In this document: positions 25,243-35,146 of the stretch, one piece after another | How positions within the stretch are numbered: position 1 is the stretch's first letter | How the letters are laid out: each line of letters begins with the position of its first letter | Virus record (IMG/VR): IMGVR_UViG_3300031689_000016 | Span: 1 to 37,663 of that record | Length of the DNA: 37,663 nucleotides | Source of the DNA: a virus | Taxonomy: Duplodnaviria; Caudoviricetes | Reading direction: 5' to 3' (one strand) | Position numbers and translations under genes: made by a program | The notes under the pieces: generated by a model | Seen by the model: only the letters and a program-made list of their open reading frames with translations | What the model was told of the DNA's origin: nothing | Databases searched by the model: none

Positions 25243-26253
25243 ATGGCAAATGTAATTAGTACAAGTTTAACTTGGTCGCAAGAAGATGCTCAAAAGTATT
25301 TCTTAGCACCATTATTTTACGAAAACGAACATCTTAAAGGAATGGATGTTATGACTGATGTTTCTGGAGCTTCTATCTTATTAGATAGATACACTTCTGT
25401 GAAAGACATCACAAAAACAATGACTACAGCAACAAGTTTTACTGCTGATGGTACTCAATCTGCTAATACTAACATAACTTTAACATTATGTAGATTAGAA
25501 GTTGAACACGCACAACAAGCGAATGTATTATTCTCTCATATTAAATCTCAATTACTTAAAAAAGGAATTAATAGAGCTGATATGACTGGAACTATCTTCC
25601 AAGAAATCGTTTCTGAAGTTGTAATGCAAGGTATTAAAAGAGATTTCTCTACTATCTTATGGTGGGGTGATGCAACTAATGGAGCTGACACTCAAGGATT
25701 ATGTAATGGAGTATGGAAAGCATTAGACTTACAAGTTGGTGTTGGAAATTTCTCTTTAGCAAACAACAGAGTAGTTGGAACTAACGCACTTACTAACTTA
25801 GAAGCTATGTTAGCTCTTCGTTCTAATGAATTAGCTGCAATGGACAATCAATTAATATACTGTTCAAGAGCTTTTGCTGATGATTATGCTTTTAGATTAA
25901 GAGCTGCTGGAACTCATGTTGCTGCTTATGCAGATTTACAAGATGGCATTTCAAACTTAAGATTTCAAGGTGTTAGATTAGTTGTAATTCCTTCTTGGGA
26001 TGTTGATATTGCTACTCATCATGTTGCTTTAGCTAATATGGCTAATGCTTTTGCTCCTGATGCTGCTGCTGATACTATGTGTGCTATTTGGACTTCTGAA
26101 AACAACATTACTGTTGGTACAGACTTCCAAGCTCAAGATGTAGATATGTGGTATAATAAAGATGAAAAAGAAAACAGATTCAGAATGTTATACTCTATGG
26201 GTGTTGCTGTAAAAGAGCCTGAAATGTGTGTTGCTTCTGTTGAAACTGCATAA
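25243..26253 (+). CDS. Major capsid protein
   Basis: 336 aa after the protease, strong A-rich start, biased codons, own terminator, LWWGD...GLCNG motif. Confidence 0.8.
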   Translation: MANVISTSLTWSQEDAQKYFLAPLFYENEHLKGMDVMTDVSGASILLDRYTSVKDITKTMTTATSFTADGTQSANTNITLTLCRLEVEHAQQANVLFSHIKSQLLKKGINRADMTGTIFQEIVSEVVMQGIKRDFSTILWWGDATNGADTQGLCNGVWKALDLQVGVGNFSLANNRVVGTNALTNLEAMLALRSNELAAMDNQLIYCSRAFADDYAFRLRAAGTHVAAYADLQDGISNLRFQGVRLVVIPSWDVDIATHHVALANMANAFAPDAAADTMCAIWTSENNITVGTDFQAQDVDMWYNKDEKENRFRMLYSMGVAVKEPEMCVASVETA

Positions 26254-26265
26254 TTAATAATATCT

Positions 26266-26297
26266 CTTAGGGGGGTTAGTAGCTCCCCTAAGTTTTT
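26266..26297 (+). terminator. Rho-independent terminator after the capsid gene
   Basis: CTTAGGGGGGTT-AGT-AGCTCCCCTAAG then TTTTT. Confidence 0.85.
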
Positions 26298-26322
26298 AAC
26301 TAAAATAAAAAATAAATAAAAA

Positions 26323-27000
26323 ATGGCTTTAACACAAGGACACGCAATTATATGTTGCGACAGAAACCGAAGAGGTGGATTAAAAAGAATCTGGCTAATG
26401 GAACAAGGAGGATTGGGTACTGTAGCTTATGCTACTGCTGGATCAGGACCAGGTTCTGATGCTCATGGTTCAGAGTTTGATGCTTTCGCAGGATCAACTT
26501 GGTACGAATTTGAATTTGATAGAGGAACTGCTGGTTTCACTGCAAATGCAACAAGAGAGAATGGTTCTACTCTTGTAAATATAGAATTAATGTTTTATCT
26601 TCCAAAAGTAACTGAAGAAGTTAATGCTAGATTAAGAGAATTAACAGAATCTTGTGGAGTTTATGCTTTATGCGAAACTTATGCTGATGATTGTGATACT
26701 TCTGCTCCAGAAACTTACTTCTTTATATTAGGATATGATAAAGTTTTTGAAAAGAAAGCTTACATGGAATTTTCTTCAGGAGAACAAGCTACAGGAGTTG
26801 GACTTCAAGATGCTAATGGAACTGCTGTAAAACTTGCTGGTGTTCACGCTGAATATCCAAGAGAAGTAATGCTTTTAGTTAATGGTAATGGTGCTGGAGC
26901 AACTTATGCTTCTGGATCAGGTACTTTAACTGGCTTTGTTAACTTATATCAGCCAAGTGTTGGTATAACTAATGCTTGGACTTCTGAAACTGTAGCATAG
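26323..27000 (+). CDS. Probable major tail tube protein
   Basis: 225 aa, C....GGLKRIW N-terminal motif, beta-rich, highly expressed signature, own terminator. Confidence 0.6.
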   Translation: MALTQGHAIICCDRNRRGGLKRIWLMEQGGLGTVAYATAGSGPGSDAHGSEFDAFAGSTWYEFEFDRGTAGFTANATRENGSTLVNIELMFYLPKVTEEVNARLRELTESCGVYALCETYADDCDTSAPETYFFILGYDKVFEKKAYMEFSSGEQATGVGLQDANGTAVKLAGVHAEYPREVMLLVNGNGAGATYASGSGTLTGFVNLYQPSVGITNAWTSETVA

Positions 27001-27021
27001 TTTTAATTTATTATAAGAAAT

Positions 27022-27047
27022 AGGGGGTTAATCCCCCCTTTTCTTTT
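27022..27047 (+). terminator. Rho-independent terminator
   Basis: AGGGGG-TTAATC-CCCCCT followed by TTTCTTTT. Confidence 0.8.
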
Positions 27048-27066
27048 ATCTTTACAAAAAAATATT

Positions 27067-27336
27067 ATGAAATATATATTCATTAAGGATTATTTTTTAT
27101 CTGCTGATGATGATAGTGTTGAGGTAGCAGGAAATAGCATTTCAGTTTCATTTAATTCTGTTTTAAGCCAAAAGGTTTTGTCTTTTTTAAAAGATAAGCC
27201 TTATGTTAGTTTTGAAGGAGAAGTGAAAGAGGAAGTTGTAGCCGAGCCTAAATTCAAAATAAAAAAGAAAACTATCAGAAATGAGCAGAAAAAAACAGCA
27301 AAAGGAAGCATTAACTCAAACGAAAAAGAGTCCTAA
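27067..27336 (+). CDS. Hypothetical protein
   Basis: 89-aa ORF between the tail tube and portal genes. Confidence 0.6.
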   Translation: MKYIFIKDYFLSADDDSVEVAGNSISVSFNSVLSQKVLSFLKDKPYVSFEGEVKEEVVAEPKFKIKKKTIRNEQKKTAKGSINSNEKES

Positions 27337-28597
27337 GATATTAGGTTACTCATTTTCTAAGGATGTATCAAAAGATGCACCAAAAGAAACTAGCTTAATC
27401 TCTACTAAATTAAGAGATGAGTGGATTCCTTTTGGTAAAAATAATTTATTTCCACAAGAATTATCAGAACTTTCAAGATCTGCTTCTACTCATAGAGCTA
27501 TACTTGGAACTAAAACTACATTTAGTGTAGGTGAAGGATTAACAACTACAAATAAAGCATTAAAGTCTTTATTAGGAGATTGTAATGCTTATGGTGAATC
27601 TATGGATGATGTCGCTAAAAAAGTATTATCAGATTATTGGAAGCTAGGAAACGCTTATATGGAGGTTGTTGTAGGTCAAGGCTATATAAACTTTTTTCAT
27701 CAAGACGGAACAACCGCTAGAGTCCATAAAGACGGCAAACACATATTATTGCATCCAGATTGGGAACACGCAAGAAGATACCCAGATAATATGAGGAAGC
27801 TTCCAATGTACCCTGATTATAATAAAGAGGGGGATGTTTACAGAACTATTGTTCATTTTGCAGACTATGAAAGCACATTTTTCTATTATGGTATGCCAGA
27901 TTACTGTGCCGCTTTAGACCATATTCGTATAGCAAATCAGATAGGAGTCTATAATCTTACACGCTTCAAAAATGGGTTTATGCCTAGTGCAATCGTTGAG
28001 TTAAATGCAGATATGGGAGAGGATGAAGCACAAGACTTTATAGATGATGCTGTAGCTAAACTAACTGGAGCTGGAGATAATTCTAAAATATTATTTATAG
28101 CTAAGAATGGTGATGGTGATGCTACAAATGTTCAAATAATCAATGATACTAGTGATGGTTCTTTTATGGAGCTTCAAAAAATCACAAATGACAATATAAT
28201 ATCTGCACATAGATGGAATCCAGCACTATCAGGTATTCAAGTGGCAGGTCAGTTGGGTAATAATCAACAAATACTTACTGCTTATGATATAGCAATGAGT
28301 ACAGTAATTAAAGAACCTCAACAAATGTTTTTAAAGGTTTTAAAGAAAATATTAAAAGTTGAAAGAGGAATTAGTGCTAATGATTTAAGTTTTTACACTA
28401 AACCTCCTGTTTCTTTATTAGGAAATATTAATCCTGCTGAATTTATTACAATTAGAGAGGGAAGAGAGATATTTCATTTACCAGAGCTTACAGATGAAGA
28501 ATTAAAAGCTCTTATAGAAGAAAGGTCTGCATCTAAGAAGGAAGAGGTAAAAGAAGAATCAACTATTAAAAAAGAAGAAGATGGCACTAATAACTAG
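27281..28597 (+). CDS. Portal protein
   Basis: 438 aa; WIPFGKNNLFPQ, GNAY, YYGMPDY, FKNGFMPS, KLTGAGDNSK, IISAHR (HK97/PBSX-like portal). Confidence 0.88.
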   Translation: MSRKKQQKEALTQTKKSPKILGYSFSKDVSKDAPKETSLISTKLRDEWIPFGKNNLFPQELSELSRSASTHRAILGTKTTFSVGEGLTTTNKALKSLLGDCNAYGESMDDVAKKVLSDYWKLGNAYMEVVVGQGYINFFHQDGTTARVHKDGKHILLHPDWEHARRYPDNMRKLPMYPDYNKEGDVYRTIVHFADYESTFFYYGMPDYCAALDHIRIANQIGVYNLTRFKNGFMPSAIVELNADMGEDEAQDFIDDAVAKLTGAGDNSKILFIAKNGDGDATNVQIINDTSDGSFMELQKITNDNIISAHRWNPALSGIQVAGQLGNNQQILTAYDIAMSTVIKEPQQMFLKVLKKILKVERGISANDLSFYTKPPVSLLGNINPAEFITIREGREIFHLPELTDEELKALIEERSASKKEEVKEESTIKKEEDGTNN

Positions 28598-29060
28598 AGC
28601 AGAGGTGGTACTAAGAGCAATGACTAATGCTAATTTTGACAAGCATTTAGTGTTGCCTACTTTTATAGAAATAGCAGAGCTTAATCATGTTAGACCATTT
28701 TTAGGTAAAGACTTATATGATGCTGTTTCACAAGGTGGATATGTAACTTTAGTAAATGATTATATTAAAGATTATTTAGCATTTTGTGTTAAATTTGAAA
28801 TATTACCAGACATAACATACAATACAACATCTCAAGGTGTTGTAGATAACATGGCAGATTTTACAAGCCCTGTTAATGAAAAGAAATTAAATTATTTACG
28901 ACAAGAAACTTATAAAAAGGCAGATACTTTTAAAAAGAAGATGCACTTATATTTAGATGACAATCAAAGCTTATATCCTGAGTGGAAGGGCTGTGGAAGT
29001 TGTAGCTACTGTAGCGGTAGTGGTTCTGTTAGTAAAAGACATGGCATAATAACATATTAA
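28581..29060 (+). CDS. Head-tail connector/adaptor (DUF6712-like)
   Basis: Follows the portal; VRPFLGKDLY...YIKDYLA...SQGVV...YPEW pattern. Confidence 0.6.
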   Translation: MALITRAEVVLRAMTNANFDKHLVLPTFIEIAELNHVRPFLGKDLYDAVSQGGYVTLVNDYIKDYLAFCVKFEILPDITYNTTSQGVVDNMADFTSPVNEKKLNYLRQETYKKADTFKKKMHLYLDDNQSLYPEWKGCGSCSYCSGSGSVSKRHGIITY

Positions 29061-29063
29061 TAA

Positions 29064-29816
29064 ATGAAGCATCACAATAGTCTATCAGATAGTCAGATAC
29101 ATAATGCCAAAGGATTTGAACCTGCAAGGAAAAGGAGTGTATCTACCAAAAACTTATTAGGAGTTGTAGAATGGGTTAATGGTAACTATACTAGCACAGT
29201 AACTATAACTTCTGTGGCTGATCAAGCAGGTAGTTTACACCATCAATACCTATGTATTAATAATAGTTATGATGCTATTAAATATGCTGTATATTTTCAA
29301 GTTACTTCTACTGCTGTTTTATCTACTCCATCTGGTTATGGCGGTGTTATAGCTATTGATTTAACTTCATCTGGCATAAACTCTACTTTAATTCAAGTAG
29401 CTACTGCTTTGCAAACTACTTTAAATGCTCACGCTGATTTTACAGCAAGTAAAAATGAAGAGGGAATAGTAACTTTAACAGGATTAACTTCTGCTAGTCC
29501 AGCAAAACCTGTTAGCTCTGGATTCATTATAAATGTAGTAGATGTAGAGTTGTCTGATGAGGTTTTAACTACTGATTCTAGTGGAAATCTTAAATTTACT
29601 TCTCTATCAAGTGTAGCGGCAGATAAAAATTATATTCATACACAATCCGAATCTTCAGCTACTTGGATAGTAAATCACAATTTAGCTAAAAACGCATCCG
29701 TAACAGTAGTAGATTCGGCAGGAACAGTTGTAATTGGTCAGGTAGATTATAATACTATAAATCAAATAACACTAACATTCAAAGCTACTTTCTCTGGAAA
29801 GGCATATTTCAATTAA
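29064..29816 (+). CDS. Virion structural/fibre-associated protein
   Basis: S/T-rich; C-terminal HTQ..SSATWIVNHNL.K..SVTVVD domain. Confidence 0.6.
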   Translation: MKHHNSLSDSQIHNAKGFEPARKRSVSTKNLLGVVEWVNGNYTSTVTITSVADQAGSLHHQYLCINNSYDAIKYAVYFQVTSTAVLSTPSGYGGVIAIDLTSSGINSTLIQVATALQTTLNAHADFTASKNEEGIVTLTGLTSASPAKPVSSGFIINVVDVELSDEVLTTDSSGNLKFTSLSSVAADKNYIHTQSESSATWIVNHNLAKNASVTVVDSAGTVVIGQVDYNTINQITLTFKATFSGKAYFN

Positions 29817-29842
29817 TAATTAATAAATAAATAAATAAACAA

Positions 29843-31570
29843 ATGGCAATTAAATTTTTACACGATCTTGATGTAGCAGGTAACATAGATCTAAACGACA
29901 ATCAATCACTAAACATGGTGATTCAGCATCTAGCGAACAATCCTACGGCAGTTGAGGGGAAAATATACTACAATACTGGTTCTGATAAACTAATGGTATG
30001 TCTTGGTACTCAAGCATCAGATTGGACTGAATTATCAAGTGCAACTGGAGATATTACTTCTGTAGCTGGTGGTACAAACATCAATGTTTCTGGAGGTGAT
30101 ACTGGAGATGCAACTGTAAACTTAGATACTTCAGTAACAGATGCAATAGCTCTTAATACTTCAAAAACTGGAATTACTAGTGGTCAAACTTCAGCAATTA
30201 CAGCGAATACTAATAAAAATGGTATATCGGCTGCTCAAGCAAATGCAATTACTGCAAATACATCTAAAACTGGTATTACTAGTTCTCAAGCAACTGCTAT
30301 TTCAACTAATAGTGGCAAAACTGGTATTACTTCAGCTCAAGCTACAGCTATAACTAATAATACAGCTAAAAATACAGATGTAAATCACAATGTTTCTACT
30401 GATTTAAGTGCTTCAGCTAATGGAACTTCTTTAGTTATAGAATCTTCAGATGGAGATAATGCTTCACTTCCAGCAGCTACTGAATCTGCTTGGGGAGCAA
30501 TGACTGATGAACAAGCTTCTGCTGTAATAGCAAATACTGCAAAAGTAGGAACAACATCTACAGAGAGAACTAGAATAGCTGCAAATCATACTAAAGTTGG
30601 AATAACAACTGGTCAAGCTTCAGCGATTACTGCAAATACTAATAAGACTGGTATTAGTTCAGCTCAAGCAACTGCTATATCTACTAATAGTGGGAAAACT
30701 GGAATTAGTGCTGCTCAATCTGAAGCTATTACAGCAAATAGTAATAAGGCAACTGATGTTAATCATAATGTTTCAACAAATTTATCTATTTCAGGAACTT
30801 CAGCAGCAAGAGTAATTGAATCTTCGGATGGAGATAACGCTACTATTCCAGTTGCAACTACATCTGTTTCAGGTGTTATGTCGGCTGCACAAGTATCAAC
30901 TTTAAATGGAAAAGCTCCAAAGGCTTCTCCTGCCCTTACTGGAACTCCAACAGCTCCAACAGCAGGAACTGATACTAACACTACTCAAATAGCAACTACT
31001 GCTTTTGTAAAAGCTAATGTTTCAGCTCTTATAGCTGATGCTCCAGGTGCTTTAGATACATTAAACGAATTAGCAGCAGCTATTGGTGATGATGCTAATT
31101 ATGCTTCAGGTGTTACAACTGCTATAGGACTTAAATCTAATACAGCTTCTCCAACATTTACGGGAACAGTAGGAGGTATAAGTAAAGGAATGGTTGGGTT
31201 AGGAAATGTAGCAAATATTGCAGTAAGTGGAACAAATACTGGTGATGAGCCAAATGCAAGTGTAAGTGTAAAAGGTATTGTTGAATTAGCAACAACAACA
31301 GAAGCTTTAGCTGGTACTGATGGAGATAGAGCTGTAACTTCTGCTGGTTTAGCTGCAAGGTCATACACTACTACAATAGGTGGTGCTACATCAATAGCAG
31401 TAACTCATAGTTTAGGCACAAAAGCAGTTATTGTTCAAATGTTTGATACATCATCTTTTGAAACTGTATATGCACAAGTAGTTAGAAATACTGTTAATCA
31501 AGTTACTGTAGATTTCCGTACAGCTCCTTCTGCTAATGATGTTACAATAATGGTTATTAAAGTACAATAA
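29843..31570 (+). CDS. Tail fibre protein with repeated shaft
   Basis: 17-aa KTGITSxQAxAITxN repeats, SPALTGTPTAPT...QIATTAFV...LDTLNELAAA block, KGIVELAT fibre repeat. Confidence 0.85.
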   Translation: MAIKFLHDLDVAGNIDLNDNQSLNMVIQHLANNPTAVEGKIYYNTGSDKLMVCLGTQASDWTELSSATGDITSVAGGTNINVSGGDTGDATVNLDTSVTDAIALNTSKTGITSGQTSAITANTNKNGISAAQANAITANTSKTGITSSQATAISTNSGKTGITSAQATAITNNTAKNTDVNHNVSTDLSASANGTSLVIESSDGDNASLPAATESAWGAMTDEQASAVIANTAKVGTTSTERTRIAANHTKVGITTGQASAITANTNKTGISSAQATAISTNSGKTGISAAQSEAITANSNKATDVNHNVSTNLSISGTSAARVIESSDGDNATIPVATTSVSGVMSAAQVSTLNGKAPKASPALTGTPTAPTAGTDTNTTQIATTAFVKANVSALIADAPGALDTLNELAAAIGDDANYASGVTTAIGLKSNTASPTFTGTVGGISKGMVGLGNVANIAVSGTNTGDEPNASVSVKGIVELATTTEALAGTDGDRAVTSAGLAARSYTTTIGGATSIAVTHSLGTKAVIVQMFDTSSFETVYAQVVRNTVNQVTVDFRTAPSANDVTIMVIKVQ

Positions 31571-31574
31571 TTAG

Positions 31575-32039
31575 ATGTCAGTTAATAAATATGAAAAGTT
31601 TGGTTCTAGGGGGTTTGCCCCTAGTTCCAATACTAATGGCAATGGAGAAGGCGATATAGTAAATTTTGGTGGTGGTAGCGAAGAGAATCAAGTTGTTGAA
31701 GGAAGATGTTATTACCTTAATGGTTCTGGTTATTGGTCTTATGCTGATGCTGATGCTGCTGTTTCATCTACAAGTTTATTAGCTATAGCTTTAGGTAGTG
31801 GAGATCCTGGTGAAGTTGGTATGCTTCTAAGAGGAATGGTTACTTTATCCGTTACTCCTGGTTCTGGTTGTGGAATACCTTTATATTTATCAAATAGTGC
31901 AGGTCAAATAACTAGAGTTGCTCCAAGTGGTACTAGTGATTATGTTAGAGTTGTTGGTTACAAGGTAACTACTGGAGCTGAAGATAAACAAATCTGGTTT
32001 AATCCTGATAATACTTGGATAGAAATAGCTGAAGGATAA
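31575..32039 (+). CDS. Virion structural protein
   Basis: Gly-rich; ADAD...LLAIALG...GMLLRG...VRVVGY...WFNPDNTW. Confidence 0.6.
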   Translation: MSVNKYEKFGSRGFAPSSNTNGNGEGDIVNFGGGSEENQVVEGRCYYLNGSGYWSYADADAAVSSTSLLAIALGSGDPGEVGMLLRGMVTLSVTPGSGCGIPLYLSNSAGQITRVAPSGTSDYVRVVGYKVTTGAEDKQIWFNPDNTWIEIAEG

Positions 32040-32989
32040 TGGCAAATGTTTTAAGTCATATAAATGGAGTTGAGTCTAGTCGCATAAGAAGTGTTAATAC
32101 TGTGCAAATTGCTAACATTGACAATGTTATTGGAATGGAATATAATGAACCTTCTGCTTCTTTTGGTAATGCTAATGCTGTTGCTAAGTCTATTACTACT
32201 GGTACTGGGCAATCTGTTCGTATAGCAGATACAAATGGTAAATTTAACTTTATTCATAGCTCTGCCTATACTATATCTTTTTGGGTAAAAGCAGGATGGA
32301 ATAGTTCTTTAAATACTAATATTCATTTATTTTCTTCTACAACTTCAGGAACAACAAATTCTAGTGCCAATATGATAAGAATTTTTTATCATGAATCTTA
32401 CAATAGATTATATTTTGAATATCGTTCTGCTTCAAATGCAAAAAAATCTAACTTTTATTTATTCCATGCGAACTCTGGTAACCATGCTGCTGCTTATGCT
32501 GCTGCTGGTTTAGGAAGTTCACAATATTGGAGTAGTGCAAATAGAGGTAATGCTAATTCTGCTGGTTATACAATGATTACAGTTACTAAAGGAACATCAA
32601 ATTCTGCTGGATCTAGTAATGCTCCAATGTATTGGAACGCTACTCCACTAGGAAATGGTCATTATGGCTCAAATGGAACTGGTCAAGGAACTCCTAATAT
32701 GAGTACAGCAGATAGACAAATAGCTATAGGTAGTAATAGTTGGAGTTATGCTAAATCAGGTAATAGTGCAGAAACAAAATACAATGATGTAACTATTTGG
32801 GATAAGAAATTATCACAATCAGAGATTACTGAATTATATAATAGTGGCACTCCACTTGATGCAACTGCACATAGTGCTTCTCGTAATTTAAAAATGTATT
32901 ATAAAATGGAAAACAATGGTAATGATAGTAGTGGAAACTCTGCTCCTAATATTGTTTTAAGTGGTAACTCTAATTTTGAATCAAAATAA
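32039..32989 (+). CDS. ConA-like lectin/LamG domain protein (candidate receptor-binding protein)
   Basis: YTISFWVK...NDVTIWDKKLSQSEITELYNSG...YYKME..GNDSSGN. Confidence 0.85.
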   Translation: MANVLSHINGVESSRIRSVNTVQIANIDNVIGMEYNEPSASFGNANAVAKSITTGTGQSVRIADTNGKFNFIHSSAYTISFWVKAGWNSSLNTNIHLFSSTTSGTTNSSANMIRIFYHESYNRLYFEYRSASNAKKSNFYLFHANSGNHAAAYAAAGLGSSQYWSSANRGNANSAGYTMITVTKGTSNSAGSSNAPMYWNATPLGNGHYGSNGTGQGTPNMSTADRQIAIGSNSWSYAKSGNSAETKYNDVTIWDKKLSQSEITELYNSGTPLDATAHSASRNLKMYYKMENNGNDSSGNSAPNIVLSGNSNFESK

Positions 32990-33243
32990 TGAATTATTAT
33001 ATAGTAACAAGTGAAGTTTTTGATGAATTAGATAAAAAACTAATTGAATTTGCTCATTCAAGTGTAGATGGAAGTGAATGGACTGTAACAACAACAGAGT
33101 TAATAGATAATGAAATATTAAGCTTTGAAAATACTTTAGAAATATCTTTATATACTGCTGAAGAAGGCTCTTTTTGGACTGGAGATAATACAGGTATAGA
33201 AGAATGGGAGTTAGATGGAATTAAATATCTAAATGGAATATAA
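32989..33243 (+). CDS. Small acidic protein, possible chaperone of the LamG protein
   Basis: 84 aa, TAATG-coupled to the LamG gene. Confidence 0.6.
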   Translation: MNYYIVTSEVFDELDKKLIEFAHSSVDGSEWTVTTTELIDNEILSFENTLEISLYTAEEGSFWTGDNTGIEEWELDGIKYLNGI

Positions 33244-33268
33244 TAATAAATTAAATAAATAAAAAAAA

Positions 33269-33724
33269 ATGGCAACAACAGTAACAAACGCAAACTTAAC
33301 AGTAACAGTAACAGATTCAGTTACCCTAAATGGACAATCTTATGGTAACACAAACACATTAACAGTATCTTCTATAGATGAGGTTTATAGTAGAGTGGTA
33401 GAAGTTCCTATTTCTGCATTTACAAGTGTACTTGAACTTGGAGCAGCTTCAGGTCAAGGTATTTTAAAAGCAACAGATGTTAAATATATTAGAATAACAA
33501 ATTTAGATGACACTAATTATGTTAATTTAAAAGTATTTGGAACAGATACAATGGTTATAAAACTAGAAGCTGGGAAGTCTTTTGTCTTAGGTGGTGTAAG
33601 CTTTGATGCTGTTGCAAGTGCAGATATAGCATCAGGTAGTGTATCTCATAATGCAGCATTTGTAATCTCAGCAGAAGCACAGGTAGCAGCTTGTGATTTA
33701 GAGGTTTTTGCAGCAACTATCTAA
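33269..33724 (+). CDS. Virion structural protein
   Basis: LTVTVTDSVTLNG...VKYIRITNLDDTNYV motif, strong A-rich start. Confidence 0.6.
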   Translation: MATTVTNANLTVTVTDSVTLNGQSYGNTNTLTVSSIDEVYSRVVEVPISAFTSVLELGAASGQGILKATDVKYIRITNLDDTNYVNLKVFGTDTMVIKLEAGKSFVLGGVSFDAVASADIASGSVSHNAAFVISAEAQVAACDLEVFAATI

Positions 33725-33725
33725 A

Positions 33726-34202
33726 ATGAAGCTTAAGGTTCTAAGGTTTAGTAGTCAAGCTGATTGTACTAATGGATTGCTCTTTACAGAGTCAGAAATG
33801 GGTATGAGATTTCTTGCCTATACATTAGAAGATGAGCATAGAGCATTAAAGGTGAAAGGTGAAACTAGAATCCCTAGTGGAACATATAACATAAACTTTA
33901 GAGATGAAGGGGGGTTCAATGAAAAATACTCAAAAAGATTTCCTGGAATACATAAAGGTATGTTGGAGGTTTGTGATGTTCCTAATTTTAAGTGGGTTCT
34001 TATACATTGCGGTAATGATGATTCTCATACTTCTGGATGTTTACTTGTGGGGGATTCGCAAGAGAATAATGTCATCATCAAAGATGGTTGGATTGGAAAG
34101 TCCACTAATGCGTACAAAAGAATATATCCAGATATTGCTAGACAATTAGTTTTGGGGAATGAAGTTACCATAGAATATATTGATTTAGATAATAGAATAT
34201 AA
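33726..34202 (+). CDS. DUF5675-like protein (candidate endolysin)
   Basis: YTLED...GETRIPSGTY...IHCGN..SHTSGCLLVG; begins the lysis region. Confidence 0.75.
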   Translation: MKLKVLRFSSQADCTNGLLFTESEMGMRFLAYTLEDEHRALKVKGETRIPSGTYNINFRDEGGFNEKYSKRFPGIHKGMLEVCDVPNFKWVLIHCGNDDSHTSGCLLVGDSQENNVIIKDGWIGKSTNAYKRIYPDIARQLVLGNEVTIEYIDLDNRI

Positions 34203-34447
34203 TGGCAACTAATAAAGACATAGTAAAGGAGATGGCACTAATGGAACATAGAATGGACTCAATGGAAGATAAGTTAGATAAAATGGATGCGAAACTAGAT
34301 ATGCTTACAGAAAGATTACTTGATCCTGATAGTGGTGTAACTGCTAGAGTAAATAGAAACACAACTGCTAGGAAAACACTAGCAAGGTCGCTTTGGGTTC
34401 TTTATGGTATTGTTGCTGGTTTTATTATTAAAATGTTTTTCAGTTGA
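34202..34447 (+). CDS. Coiled-coil protein with C-terminal TM helix (holin/antiholin-like)
   Basis: Heptad MDSMEDKLDKMDAKLD plus LWVLYGIVAGFII. Confidence 0.55.
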   Translation: MATNKDIVKEMALMEHRMDSMEDKLDKMDAKLDMLTERLLDPDSGVTARVNRNTTARKTLARSLWVLYGIVAGFIIKMFFS

Positions 34448-34662
34448 AATCTCCAATAAACTTTAAAGATTTTGCAGCAAACCCAATGGCAGGGGGTTTA
34501 TTTTTCTGTATTATCGCTATTGGTTATTTATATATAGACAATAAGACTACTCTTACAAATCAAATAGAAGATTTACAAGAAGAGGTTATAATTCTTAGAG
34601 GAGATTATAAAAAGCTTAATGATAAGTTTATAGAAACATTAAAAAACATTAATGAAAATTAA
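34444..34662 (+). CDS. N-terminal TM plus coiled-coil protein (i-spanin-like)
   Basis: GGLFFCIIAIGYLY then coiled coil; overlaps a lipoprotein gene. Confidence 0.5.
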   Translation: MKSPINFKDFAANPMAGGLFFCIIAIGYLYIDNKTTLTNQIEDLQEEVIILRGDYKKLNDKFIETLKNINEN

Positions 34663-35092
34663 ATGTTTTATATTATTGCTTACATTATCCTCATGCTTCT
34701 CATCAGAAGAGCCTGTGGAAGAGATAAAATCTTTTGATAATAATTTAGATAGTCTTTTCAGGTCAGCAGATGAAGCTGTAGACCAAGTAAACTCCAGAAA
34801 AGAACAGAAAGTATTGTTAGAGCAAGACTTATGGAGGAAGAAAAGAGATATAAAAGTTATCAAAAAAAAATATTCAGATAGTCTGTGGAATCTAAGTAAT
34901 ATGTACGAGAGGACTACAATGAGAATGGGAGATGATAGTATTCAATATGAATATAAAATAGTTTTACAAACAATAATAGACACAGTTAGACTTACTGTAA
35001 CTGATACAGTATGTGGTGTTTGCCTGACAAAGCAAAACAAGAAAGATAATAGATGGTATAAGAAAACTTTTAGGTGGATTAAAAACATATAA
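34652..35092 (+). CDS. Lipoprotein (o-spanin-like)
   Basis: MKIKCFILLLTLSSC signal peptide with lipobox LSSC. Confidence 0.55.
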   Translation: MKIKCFILLLTLSSCFSSEEPVEEIKSFDNNLDSLFRSADEAVDQVNSRKEQKVLLEQDLWRKKRDIKVIKKKYSDSLWNLSNMYERTTMRMGDDSIQYEYKIVLQTIIDTVRLTVTDTVCGVCLTKQNKKDNRWYKKTFRWIKNI

Positions 35093-35097
35093 ATATA

Positions 35098-35145
35098 ATG
35101 GCAAAGAAAAGAAAGAAAAAGAAGGTTTATCCAATAAAAAAATAA
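35098..35145 (+). CDS. 15-aa basic peptide MAKKRKKKKVYPIKK
   Basis: Fills the 54-nt gap between two genes, with an A-rich start. Confidence 0.5.
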   Translation: MAKKRKKKKVYPIKK

Positions 35146-35146
35146 C

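Noticed and set aside
29843-32989. Diversity-generating retroelement acting on the fibre or LamG genes
   Set aside because: No reverse transcriptase, and no TR/VR pair with A-specific mismatches; the repeats differ mostly at synonymous positions.
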